From positions 15,282 to 79,281 of the forward strand of contig ONQS01000012.1 in assembly GCA_900320055.1 (NCBI GenBank): a DNA stretch of 64,000 nucleotides, given 5' to 3'. The notes under the pieces are model-generated. The model worked only from the letters and a program-made list of their open reading frames with translations, ran no database searches and was not told where the DNA came from. The stretch is from an uncultured Prevotellaceae bacterium (lineage in GTDB: Bacteria; Bacteroidota; Bacteroidia; Bacteroidales; Muribaculaceae). Each line of letters begins with the position of its first letter. Within the stretch, counting starts at the first letter, position 1. Position numbers and translations under genes: made by a program. This document shows positions 1-8,284 of the stretch, one piece after another.

Positions 1-723
1 TTTGCCAAAGAAGTCTTCGGTGGAACCGGTATGAACATCTTCAACGTCGCCCTAATCACCCGCGCGTTCCTGTTCTTCTCCTATCCGTCACGCATGAGCG
101 GAGATGAAGCGTTTGTCAAACTGGACAGTGCCTTCGGCATGGGAGGCGGCACGGTAGCCGACACCTTCACCGGCGCCACCCCGCTTGGCCAGGTGGCAAC
201 CAGCGTGGGCGATCCCGCAATGACCGATATTGTAGGCCAACCCATCAGTTGCATGGATGCCTTTATCGGTTGCATCCCTGGTTCGCCTGGCGAGACCTCG
301 ATGGTCGCTATCCTGATTGGCGCCATTATCCTGCTCCTGACCGGCATTGCCTCGTGGAGGATCATGTGCTCGGTATTTGTCGGCGGTCTGGGTATGGCTG
401 CTCTGGTGCATGCTTTGCCCAGCGCCACCTACCCCGCATCGATGCTCGACCCGCTGACGCAGTTGTGTCTGGGCGGATTTGCCTTTGGCGCCGTGTTTAT
501 GGCAACTGATCCCGTCACTGGCGCCCGCACCAAGGTGGGTCAGTACATCTACGGCCTACTGATCGGTGTGTTTGCCATCCTGATCAGAGTTTACAACAGT
601 GGCTACCCCGAGGGCATGATGCTGGCCATCCTGCTGATGAACGCATTTGCTCCCCTGATCGACCACTGTGTGGTATCGTCTAACATCAAGCGCCGCGCCA
701 AACGTGCCGCTTATAAACCATAA
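1..723 (+). CDS. nqrB: Na+-translocating NADH:quinone reductase subunit B (5'-truncated by window edge)
   Basis: Frame open from base 1 (FAKEVFGGTGMNIFN). Has the FMN-attachment motif DTFTGATP, the hydrophobic FGAVFMATDPVT and YPEGMMLAILLMN segments, and lies first of nqrC-F. Confidence 0.95.
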   Translation, partial: FAKEVFGGTGMNIFNVALITRAFLFFSYPSRMSGDEAFVKLDSAFGMGGGTVADTFTGATPLGQVATSVGDPAMTDIVGQPISCMDAFIGCIPGSPGETSMVAILIGAIILLLTGIASWRIMCSVFVGGLGMAALVHALPSATYPASMLDPLTQLCLGGFAFGAVFMATDPVTGARTKVGQYIYGLLIGVFAILIRVYNSGYPEGMMLAILLMNAFAPLIDHCVVSSNIKRRAKRAAYKP

Positions 724-735
724 GGAGGATAAGCC

Positions 736-1488
736 ATGAACAAGAACAGTAACACTTATCAGATCCTGTATGCAGCCGTGATGGTGCTCATCGTGGGCAC
801 AGTGCTGGCGTTTATCTATATGGCTCTGAAGCCTAAGCAGAACGAGAACATCGCCAACGACACCCGCAAGCAAATCATGAGCGCGCTGCATATCGCCACC
901 CCCAGCGACGATCAGGTCAAGGAGACTTATGAGAAGTATATCATCCAAGACCTGCTGGTCGACATGGAGGGCAACATCGTGGATAGCGCCCAGAACGTGG
1001 CCTTTGATGTGGATATGAAGAAGAATGTGAAACTCGCCGAGCGCCAACTGCCTGTGATGAAGTGCAGACTCGACGACGGCAGCATCAAGTATGTGCTGCC
1101 CGTGTATGGTGCAGGCCTGTGGGGTCCCATCTGGGGCTACATCGCGATGAACGACGACGGCAACACCATCTATGGCGCCAACTTCTCGCACGAGGGCGAG
1201 ACTCCGGGTCTGGGTGCCCGCATCGCTGACCAGGACTTCCAAGACAAGTTTGTGGATAAGCACTTGTTTAAGGAAGGGGAATACAAAGGCGTAGTCGTGC
1301 TCAAGCGTGGCCAGAAATCCACCACCGGGGCCGAGCAGATCGACGCCCTGACCGGTGCCACGATCACCAGCCGCGGCGTGAGTGACATGCTTGCCGACTG
1401 CCTGGCTCCCTACGAAGCGTTCCTCAAGAGATTGCAGGGCAACAACGAAGCGCCTGCTGCTGTTAATAACGTCAATCAACCCGAATAA
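736..1488 (+). CDS. nqrC: Na+-NQR subunit C
   Basis: N-terminal TM helix, GxGLWGPIWG, HEGETPGLG and the FMN-attachment motif DALTGAT. Confidence 0.95.
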   Translation: MNKNSNTYQILYAAVMVLIVGTVLAFIYMALKPKQNENIANDTRKQIMSALHIATPSDDQVKETYEKYIIQDLLVDMEGNIVDSAQNVAFDVDMKKNVKLAERQLPVMKCRLDDGSIKYVLPVYGAGLWGPIWGYIAMNDDGNTIYGANFSHEGETPGLGARIADQDFQDKFVDKHLFKEGEYKGVVVLKRGQKSTTGAEQIDALTGATITSRGVSDMLADCLAPYEAFLKRLQGNNEAPAAVNNVNQPE

Positions 1489-1502
1489 AACCATCAACGA
1501 TT

Positions 1503-2126
1503 ATGTTATCCAAGAAGAACAAAGAAGCATTATTCAACCCGCTGTCCAAGGACAATCCTGTTCTGGTGCAGATTCTGGGTATCTGCTCCTCGCTAGCCGT
1601 CACTGCCAGTCTGGAGCCCGCCATCGTGATGGGCATCTCGGTGATTGCCGTGCTGGCGTTCAGCAACGTGATCATATCCTTCCTGCGCAAGACCATCCCG
1701 ACCAACATCCGCATCATCGTTCAACTGGTGGTGGTTGCCGCGCTGGTCATCATTGTGCAACAGATCCTTATGGCATACAAGTATGACGTGAGCAAGCAAC
1801 TGTCGGTGTTTATCGGACTGATCATCACCAACTGCATCCTGATGGGACGCCTCGAGGCGTTTGCGATGCACAACACACCCTGGCCCTCGTTCCTCGACGG
1901 TGTCGGCAACGGACTGGGCTACACCATCATTCTGGTGATTGTGGGCTTCTTCCGCGAGTTGCTCGGCTCGGGCAAGTTGTTCGGTTTCCAGGTCGTGCCC
2001 CAGTGGTGTTACGATCACGGATACGAGAACAATGGCCTGATGATTCTGGCCCCCATGGCGCTCATCACTGTGGGCTGCATCATCTGGGTACACCGGGCTC
2101 GCAACAAGGAGTTGCAGGAAAACTAA
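1503..2126 (+). CDS. nqrD: Na+-NQR subunit D
   Basis: NPVLVQILGICSSLAV and FIGLIITNCILMGRLEAFA; operon position. Confidence 0.95.
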   Translation: MLSKKNKEALFNPLSKDNPVLVQILGICSSLAVTASLEPAIVMGISVIAVLAFSNVIISFLRKTIPTNIRIIVQLVVVAALVIIVQQILMAYKYDVSKQLSVFIGLIITNCILMGRLEAFAMHNTPWPSFLDGVGNGLGYTIILVIVGFFRELLGSGKLFGFQVVPQWCYDHGYENNGLMILAPMALITVGCIIWVHRARNKELQEN

Positions 2127-2160
2127 TGAGCATGTTTAACCATTAAATCCGCAAGAAACA

Positions 2161-2778
2161 ATGGAAGAACTTAATCTGTTTATCAAGTCGATCTTTATCG
2201 ACAACATGATATTTGCCTACTTCCTGGGCATGTGCTCATTCCTGGCCGTGTCCAAGAATGTGAAGACAGCCTTCGGTCTCGGCATTGCCGTCACCTTTAT
2301 GCTGGTGGTGACTTTGCCTATCAACTACATGCTCGACAAGTATGTTCTGCAAGAGGGTGCCCTGACTTGGTTGAGCCCCTCTCTGGCAGGCGTGGACCTG
2401 AGTTTTCTGGGACTGATCCTGTTCATCGCCGTAATCGCATCTGCAACACAGTTGGTCGAGATGGCAGTAGAGAAGTTCTCACCCTCGCTCTATGCCTCGC
2501 TGGGCATCTTCCTGCCGCTGATTGCCGTGAACTGCGCTATTCTGGGCGCATCGCTGTTTATGCAGCAGCGTGACCTGGGCTCGGCTTGGACGGCTACCAT
2601 CTATGGCGCAGGTTCGGGCATCGGCTGGCTGCTCGCCATCGTGGGCATTGCCGCCATCCGTGAGAAATTGGCATACAGCGACATTCCCAAGCCTCTGCGC
2701 GGCGTGGGCATCGCATTCATCATCACCGGACTCATGGGCATCGCCTTTATGAGTTTCCTTGGCATAAGATTAGGATAA
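2161..2778 (+). CDS. nqrE: Na+-NQR subunit E
   Basis: FLGMCSFLAVSK and GIFLPLIAVNCAILG; operon position. Confidence 0.95.
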   Translation: MEELNLFIKSIFIDNMIFAYFLGMCSFLAVSKNVKTAFGLGIAVTFMLVVTLPINYMLDKYVLQEGALTWLSPSLAGVDLSFLGLILFIAVIASATQLVEMAVEKFSPSLYASLGIFLPLIAVNCAILGASLFMQQRDLGSAWTATIYGAGSGIGWLLAIVGIAAIREKLAYSDIPKPLRGVGIAFIITGLMGIAFMSFLGIRLG

Positions 2779-2794
2779 AGGAGGACACTACACT

Positions 2795-4078
2795 ATGATA
2801 CTGATATCTAATATTTACACTACAGTATTGGCGAGTGCGCTGGTGTTTCTGGCGCTCACCCTGTTGCTCGTCGTTCTGCTGCTCGTGGCCAAGCATTATC
2901 TGGTACCATCGGGCAAGGTTAAAATCAACATCAATCATGGCACCAAAGAGTTGGAAGTCAACAGCGGAAACACCCTGCTCAACACCCTGCACGAGAATGG
3001 CGTGATGCTCTCGAGCGCATGCGGTGGCAAGGGCAGTTGTGGCCAGTGTAAGGTCCAGGTGATCGAGGGCGGTGGCCAGATTCTGCCCACCGAGGTGGGT
3101 CACTTCTCCCGCAAGGAGCAGCAAGATCACTGGCGCCTGGGTTGCCAAGTCAAGGTAAAAGATAACCTGTCGATCCAAGTTCCCGACAGCGTGCTTTCGG
3201 TCAAGGAATACGAGTGCACCGTTGTGAGCAACAAACTCGTGTCATCGTTTATCAAGGAGTTTATCGTAGCCCTACCCCCGGGTGAACACATGGATTTCAT
3301 CCCCGGCAGTTATGCTCAGATCAGGATTCCCGAGTATGAGATGGACTATGACAAGGATATCGACAAGGAGTCGCTGGGCGAATACCTGCCCACATGGGAA
3401 AAATTCGGCATGTTCAGCCTCAAGTGCCGCAACGACGAGGCTACCGTGCGCGCCTACTCGATGGCCAACTATCCTGCCGAGGGCGACCGATTCATGCTCA
3501 CCGTGCGCATCGCGACGCCGCCGTTCAAGCCCAAGCCCGCAACAGGCTTTATGGACGTGATGCCAGGCATAGCATCCAGTTACATCTTCACACTCAAGCC
3601 TGGTGACAAGGTGATTATGAGCGGCCCCTATGGCGACTTCCACCCCATCTTTGACAGCAAGAAGGAGATGATCTGGGTGGGCGGTGGTGCCGGCATGGCC
3701 CCGCTGCGCGCACAGATTCTGCACATGACGCGCACGCTCAACTGCCGTGACCGCGAGATGCACTACTTCTATGGCGCCCGCTCGCTGAGTGAGGTCTTCT
3801 ACCTGGAGGATTTCCTGCAGTTGGAGAAGGACTTCCCCAACTTCCACTTCCATCTGGCTCTGGACCGTCCCGACCCCGTTGCCGATGAGGCAGGCGTGAA
3901 GTACACCGCAGGCTTTGTTGCTCCGGTGATGCGCGACACCTACCTGGGTCAGCATGAGGCTCCCGAGGATTGCGAGTACTACATGTGCGGCCCGGCAATG
4001 ATGAGTAAGACCGTCAATGACGTGCTCGACTCCCTCGGTGTCGATCCCTCTTCGATCCACTACGACAACTTCGGGTAA
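2795..4078 (+). CDS. nqrF: Na+-NQR subunit F
   Basis: N-terminal TM, 2Fe-2S motif CGGKGSCGQC, FAD motif RAYSMAN, NADH motifs GGGAGMAP and YYMCGP, ending YDNFG. Confidence 0.96.
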   Translation: MILISNIYTTVLASALVFLALTLLLVVLLLVAKHYLVPSGKVKININHGTKELEVNSGNTLLNTLHENGVMLSSACGGKGSCGQCKVQVIEGGGQILPTEVGHFSRKEQQDHWRLGCQVKVKDNLSIQVPDSVLSVKEYECTVVSNKLVSSFIKEFIVALPPGEHMDFIPGSYAQIRIPEYEMDYDKDIDKESLGEYLPTWEKFGMFSLKCRNDEATVRAYSMANYPAEGDRFMLTVRIATPPFKPKPATGFMDVMPGIASSYIFTLKPGDKVIMSGPYGDFHPIFDSKKEMIWVGGGAGMAPLRAQILHMTRTLNCRDREMHYFYGARSLSEVFYLEDFLQLEKDFPNFHFHLALDRPDPVADEAGVKYTAGFVAPVMRDTYLGQHEAPEDCEYYMCGPAMMSKTVNDVLDSLGVDPSSIHYDNFG

Positions 4079-4099
4079 TCTCCCCATCCTGAAGGATAC

Positions 4100-4168
4100 A
4101 AAACAGCAACTCGGACAACGATAACAACAGATATATAGTGTTGTTAAAGATGTCCGAGTTGCCGTTTT
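4100..4168. terminator. Long bidirectional intrinsic terminator between convergent nqrF and flavodoxin
   Basis: Inverted repeat AAAACAGCAACTCGGACA...TGTCCGAGTTGCCGTTTT with an inner AACAAC/GTTGTT stem and A/T runs on both sides. Confidence 0.75.
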
Positions 4169-4183
4169 ATTGTACCAGATCCC

Positions 4184-4786
4184 TTACTTCAGAGTAGCGA
4201 TCCAGGTCTTGAGGCTGTCGACGGGAGGATTGCCATTGAGCACCTTGCCCGGGAGAATCCAGTTAGCAGTCGGGGCACTGGCCTTCTGCAGGTCCTCACC
4301 GCTCTTGCCCATATCGCTGCCGCCTGAGGTGGCAAACGGGATGATGGTCTTGCCCGTGAGGTCATACTGCTCCAGGAAGGTGTTGATGATTCGGGGTGCG
4401 GTGTACCACCAGATGGGGAATCCCACGTAGATGGTGTTGTACTGTGCCATGTTCTCGACCTTGCTGGCTACAGCAGGGCGTGCTGTGGAGTCCTTCATCT
4501 CGATCGTTGAGCGGCTCTGCTCGTTACGCCAATCCAGATCCTCGGCAGTATAGACCTGCTCAGGAACGATCTCAAACAAGTCGGCATCACAGGCCTCTGC
4601 CAGCGTCTTGGCGACCTGGGCCGTGATGTGGGCTTCACTAGCCGAGAAATAGGCGACGAGGGTCGTCTTGGCAGTGCTGTCGCTAGCGCCAGCATCGCCA
4701 TCGGCAGCGGTGTTGTTGTTCTGTGCCGTGTTCTGGCATGCGCCAAGCATCAGCGCCAAGGCCAGGATAGAAACTAATTTCTTCAT
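4184..4786 (-). CDS. Flavodoxin-family lipoprotein (Flavodoxin_4-like)
   Basis: Lipobox LGAC after a hydrophobic stretch. Flavodoxin motifs TLVAYFS, IYVGFPIWW and IIPFATSGGS. Confidence 0.85.
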   Translation of the reverse strand: MKKLVSILALALMLGACQNTAQNNNTAADGDAGASDSTAKTTLVAYFSASEAHITAQVAKTLAEACDADLFEIVPEQVYTAEDLDWRNEQSRSTIEMKDSTARPAVASKVENMAQYNTIYVGFPIWWYTAPRIINTFLEQYDLTGKTIIPFATSGGSDMGKSGEDLQKASAPTANWILPGKVLNGNPPVDSLKTWIATLK

Positions 4787-4878
4787 AATCGTTTATGATG
4801 TTTAGTATTAATGTTAATGATTGTGATGATTATTGATATGCAATGGTAGATAGCAGATAAGTCGATTATACTTATTAG

Positions 4879-4930
4879 AAAAAAAACTATCCGTCATCCA
4901 GCAACGTGTGTCGATGGTCAACGGATAGTT
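4879..4930 (-). terminator. Intrinsic terminator downstream of ompH
   Basis: AACTATCCGT...ACGGATAGTT stem followed by T8 on the minus strand. Confidence 0.7.
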
Positions 4931-5002
4931 AAGGCTATATCAGTGAGAGCAACTTGGTTGATAGTACGCTGATGTCAACGGCTCACTATCAATTCTCAAC
5001 TC

Positions 5003-5695
5003 TTACTTCTTGAGATCAATCTTGCCGGGAGTCGCGGGCTTCTCGGCGCTCACGGTGGGGGCATTGCTCTTGGCGGGTTCAGCCTTTGCGGGAGCCGGAG
5101 CAACCTTGCCACCAACCTTGTTGTAACGCTTGTTCAGACCCTCGATAACCTCGTTGGTCACATCATACTTCTCGTCGATGTAGAGCGTGGCACTCTTGCG
5201 CAGTACCATGTCAAAGCCTTTCTTCTTGGCATAGTCCTTCATGAATTTGTCGATCGAGTCGAGCAACTGGGTCTGGCTCTGGTTGAGTTCGTTCTGGATG
5301 CTCTGCTGCAGGTTGGCCAGATAATTCTCGGCGTCGGCCTGCATCTTCTGCAACTTGGCCTGGTCGGCATTGAATGCCTCCTCGGTCAGATATTGGTTGT
5401 TCTGGTACTTCTGCTGCATGGCATTACCAAACTTGCTGATCTCATTACCGCGTTGCTTCTGGGCGGCGTCAAACTGGTTCTGACGACGCAACATGGCCTC
5501 GTTGATGTCCTTGGCCAGGTTATAGTTTGCCATAATGGAATCCTCGTCGATGTAACGGATCTTGAGATTCTCAAGGGCTGCGCCACCATTAGCCTTAGGA
5601 GCCTCGGCAGTCTGCTTCTCGTTGCATGAGGTTGCTGCCAGCATGATCACGGCTGCCAGCAATGCAAGTTTGGAGTAGTGTTTAATGAAGTTCAT
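5003..5695 (-). CDS. OmpH/Skp-family outer membrane chaperone (lipoprotein-type signal)
   Basis: Likely start MNFIKHY with an AATSC lipobox. IRYIDEDSIMANY, a long Q/N-rich coiled coil and FMKDYAKKKGFDMVL...DVTNEVIEGLN fit OmpH. Confidence 0.85.
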   Translation of the reverse strand: MNFIKHYSKLALLAAVIMLAATSCNEKQTAEAPKANGGAALENLKIRYIDEDSIMANYNLAKDINEAMLRRQNQFDAAQKQRGNEISKFGNAMQQKYQNNQYLTEEAFNADQAKLQKMQADAENYLANLQQSIQNELNQSQTQLLDSIDKFMKDYAKKKGFDMVLRKSATLYIDEKYDVTNEVIEGLNKRYNKVGGKVAPAPAKAEPAKSNAPTVSAEKPATPGKIDLKK

Positions 5696-5726
5696 TTCAG
5701 TTTTTGACTTTTTCTTTATTGATTTG

Positions 5727-5897
5727 TTAGTTGTAAAATTCCTTGTCACGTGCACAGGTGATACCTCGCTTGCGCATTTCGGCATTGTCATGGATATGGG
5801 TGTTGGGGAAACGGCCGCCGCGCACAAAGAATATCTTAACGCCCAGCAGCACAACTGCCAGCCCCACAATAGCCAATGTCAATAGTAATGTCATCAT
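5727..5897 (-). CDS. 56-aa single-TM small protein (not in the ORF track)
   Basis: Translated by hand: MMTLLLTLAIVGLAVVLLGVKIFFVRGGRFPNTHIHDNAEMRKRGITCARDKEFYN*. Preceded by a TAAATTTG promoter box and followed by ompH. Resembles the small GxFPNTH...MRKRGIxC proteins I recall next to ompH in Bacteroidales. Confidence 0.8.
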   Translation of the reverse strand: MMTLLLTLAIVGLAVVLLGVKIFFVRGGRFPNTHIHDNAEMRKRGITCARDKEFYN

Positions 5898-5913
5898 TGT
5901 GCAAAAAGACTCG

Positions 5914-5921
5914 CAAATTTA
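5914..5921 (-). promoter_or_regulatory. Bacteroidota sigma-A -7 box (TAAATTTG) for the small-protein/ompH operon
   Basis: Exact TAnnTTTG match 16 nt upstream of the ATG at 5897. Confidence 0.6.
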
Positions 5922-6505
5922 GTGATACTTTGCGAGTTTGGGTATGATATTTCACAATTATTTTGTCCAAAATGATTGATTAGCCCTCGGTTTTAACAAA
6001 AATTCAAAGCACTAAAGATTAACTAACACTTCCGCCCCACCCCAGCACCCTACCGGTATGGGGGAAATCAGTAACTTTGCAGTTATGTAGAGTTATGTTA
6101 CGCAACAGTCATAAAAGTCATACAGAAGCACAAAAAGTTGCGCCCGTCATGCAGTCTATCCATCCATTATGGCATCATAACAATGAAAGCGATATTGATT
6201 GGATGGACATGGAGCGTGTCATCGGGACTGCTCTGGCAGGTGACCAGCAAGAGCATTGCCCTCATTCCTTTCTCAAATTCCTCATTTGAGAAACTACTTT
6301 TCCACGTCTTGTTTCTACTTATTACGGCTACGGCAGCAACGGTCATGTGAACACGGCAGTTATTGATGATACCGCAGGTGTTAACCGTCTTAAATAAGTC
6401 TTATTTAGTCTTAAATATCACCGACGGTGCGGCTTGATGTGCATGCCCTGTCGGTATGTTATATTACATTTGCGGCATCTTATTAACCAAAACGAACTGA
6501 ATAAA

Positions 6506-7267
6506 ATGAAAAAAGCAACTACAATTCTGCTGACGCTGCTTGCCGCAGTCTTGACGTTTTCTACCATGGCTCAAGAGGATGGAGGCACCATTCAAGCCAA
6601 GGTAATAATCAATGGTTATTTCTTCACCGAGACTCCAGAGGTCAACGATGGCGGCAGTTCGTCGATCATTATGGTCGATGATGGGCAGAAGAACCGCATG
6701 ATTGCCTATATCTACCCCAGCGAGTTACCTGAATCCATCACCAGTCAAGCCATACCTGTCGAAAAGGTGTTTCACGGTCAGGCATTCCTCGACAAGTATA
6801 ACCAGGCGCGGGAAATGATACAGGTGACCAGCCAGTCGAGTGATTTGGCAAAACCTGTTGTCGGAGAACCGTTCCCCGCTTTCAGCGAGAAGGACGTTGA
6901 CGGCAAGATGTGGACCAATGAGGACGTTAAGGGCAAGGTGTGGGTACTGAACATGTGGTATCAGGGCTGCGGCCCTTGCCGCAAGGAGATGCCCGAACTC
7001 TCGACCTGGCGTGAACAGTTTCCCGACGTGATGTTTTTCTCGGCCACTTACCACGACGAGGCTTTGACCCGCAAGATTACCGAGCAGCACCACTTCACCT
7101 GGACCCACCTCATCGAGGCTCGTGACATGATGTCATGGATACAAGGGCAAGGATTCCCGTTGACCATCGTGGTTGACAAGCAGGGCATCGTCCGCCATCT
7201 GGTTCACGGCACTAACAGCGAGAAGCGGGCTGCCATCCTCGACTGCATCCGCCAACTCAATCAATAA
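6506..7267 (+). CDS. TlpA/redoxin-family thiol-disulfide oxidoreductase, secreted
   Basis: Signal peptide MKKATTILLTLLAAVLTFSTMA, VLNMWYQGCGPCRKEMP (CxxC) and GFPLTIVVDKQG. A TACATTTG box lies at 6465-6472. Confidence 0.85.
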   Translation: MKKATTILLTLLAAVLTFSTMAQEDGGTIQAKVIINGYFFTETPEVNDGGSSSIIMVDDGQKNRMIAYIYPSELPESITSQAIPVEKVFHGQAFLDKYNQAREMIQVTSQSSDLAKPVVGEPFPAFSEKDVDGKMWTNEDVKGKVWVLNMWYQGCGPCRKEMPELSTWREQFPDVMFFSATYHDEALTRKITEQHHFTWTHLIEARDMMSWIQGQGFPLTIVVDKQGIVRHLVHGTNSEKRAAILDCIRQLNQ

Positions 7268-7276
7268 CCGTCTGTC

Positions 7277-8089
7277 ATGACACGCTTGTCCTCCATAGTC
7301 ATCGCCGCCATCATCGCCCAGTGCGCGATGGCACAGACTATTGTCACAGGACGCATTTCCAATGAGCGGGGCGAAGCCGTCGAGTATGCTACTGTAGCGC
7401 TTGTTGGTGACACCATCGGCACGCTTGCCGACGCCCAGGGGCATTTCTCCCTAACAATCCCTCATGGCAAGAGGAACAACCTGTCCATCACTCATGTTTC
7501 TTATGACAAAGCAATAATTCCCCACTCCACTTATAGCGTGGGCAAGCCGCTGTCCATCATCGTCAAGGACAAAAATGTGAAACTGGATGAAGTTGTCGTC
7601 GGCAAGAAGAACAAATTAAAGACCATTCTGGGCAAGAAATTGCCCGGCCCATCGGGCAGTTTCCGTGGCAAGTGGGAGGAAAACAGGCTAGAATGGGGAC
7701 CGACATTCAAGGTCAAGAAGGATTGGGTCGTGAGTGATATCTTTTTCACGATAAAAAAGAGCACCTACAGCCGCTGCGTCCTCAGTTTCACCATCTATGA
7801 GATCAGGGGCAAGGAATTTGTCAACATCCTCAACAAGCCCATCTACAAAACAGTCACAGCAACCGCTCAAAAGACAAAACTCGCCGTCCAGCCCAACGAA
7901 AACATCGTCCTCAAAGCCGGTAAACAATATTACGTGAGTGTCACTATCGTTGACTGTGACGAAAGCGGCATACTGGAATTCAACTCTCAATTGAGAAGTT
8001 GCATTGCCCGCCACTTCTCCGCAGGCAAGACGCGCAAACTGCCCGCTGGCCCCACCATCACCCTTATGGGCTACGAATTGAGCCGATAG
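7277..8089 (+). CDS. Secreted protein with carboxypeptidase-regulatory-like (CarboxypepD_reg) N-terminal domain
   Basis: Signal peptide, then VTGRISNERGEAVEYATV...ADAQGHFSL...ITHVSY...LDEVVV; the C-terminal domain is unknown. Confidence 0.75.
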   Translation: MTRLSSIVIAAIIAQCAMAQTIVTGRISNERGEAVEYATVALVGDTIGTLADAQGHFSLTIPHGKRNNLSITHVSYDKAIIPHSTYSVGKPLSIIVKDKNVKLDEVVVGKKNKLKTILGKKLPGPSGSFRGKWEENRLEWGPTFKVKKDWVVSDIFFTIKKSTYSRCVLSFTIYEIRGKEFVNILNKPIYKTVTATAQKTKLAVQPNENIVLKAGKQYYVSVTIVDCDESGILEFNSQLRSCIARHFSAGKTRKLPAGPTITLMGYELSR

Positions 8090-8284
8090 GGAGCGAAAAC
8101 ATGTGATTTCTATCCCAATTTCGCCCCTTACCGGGCACTTGCAGACATAGGTGTTCAGGTTTTTTTATTGACAATTGGATGGTATGTCACGAAAAAGTTG
8201 TAAATTAGCGGTGAAAATGAATTTGCTTTGACAGAAATTCTATTAACAACTTAAATACTAACAATTTAACCATTATTTTTTACA

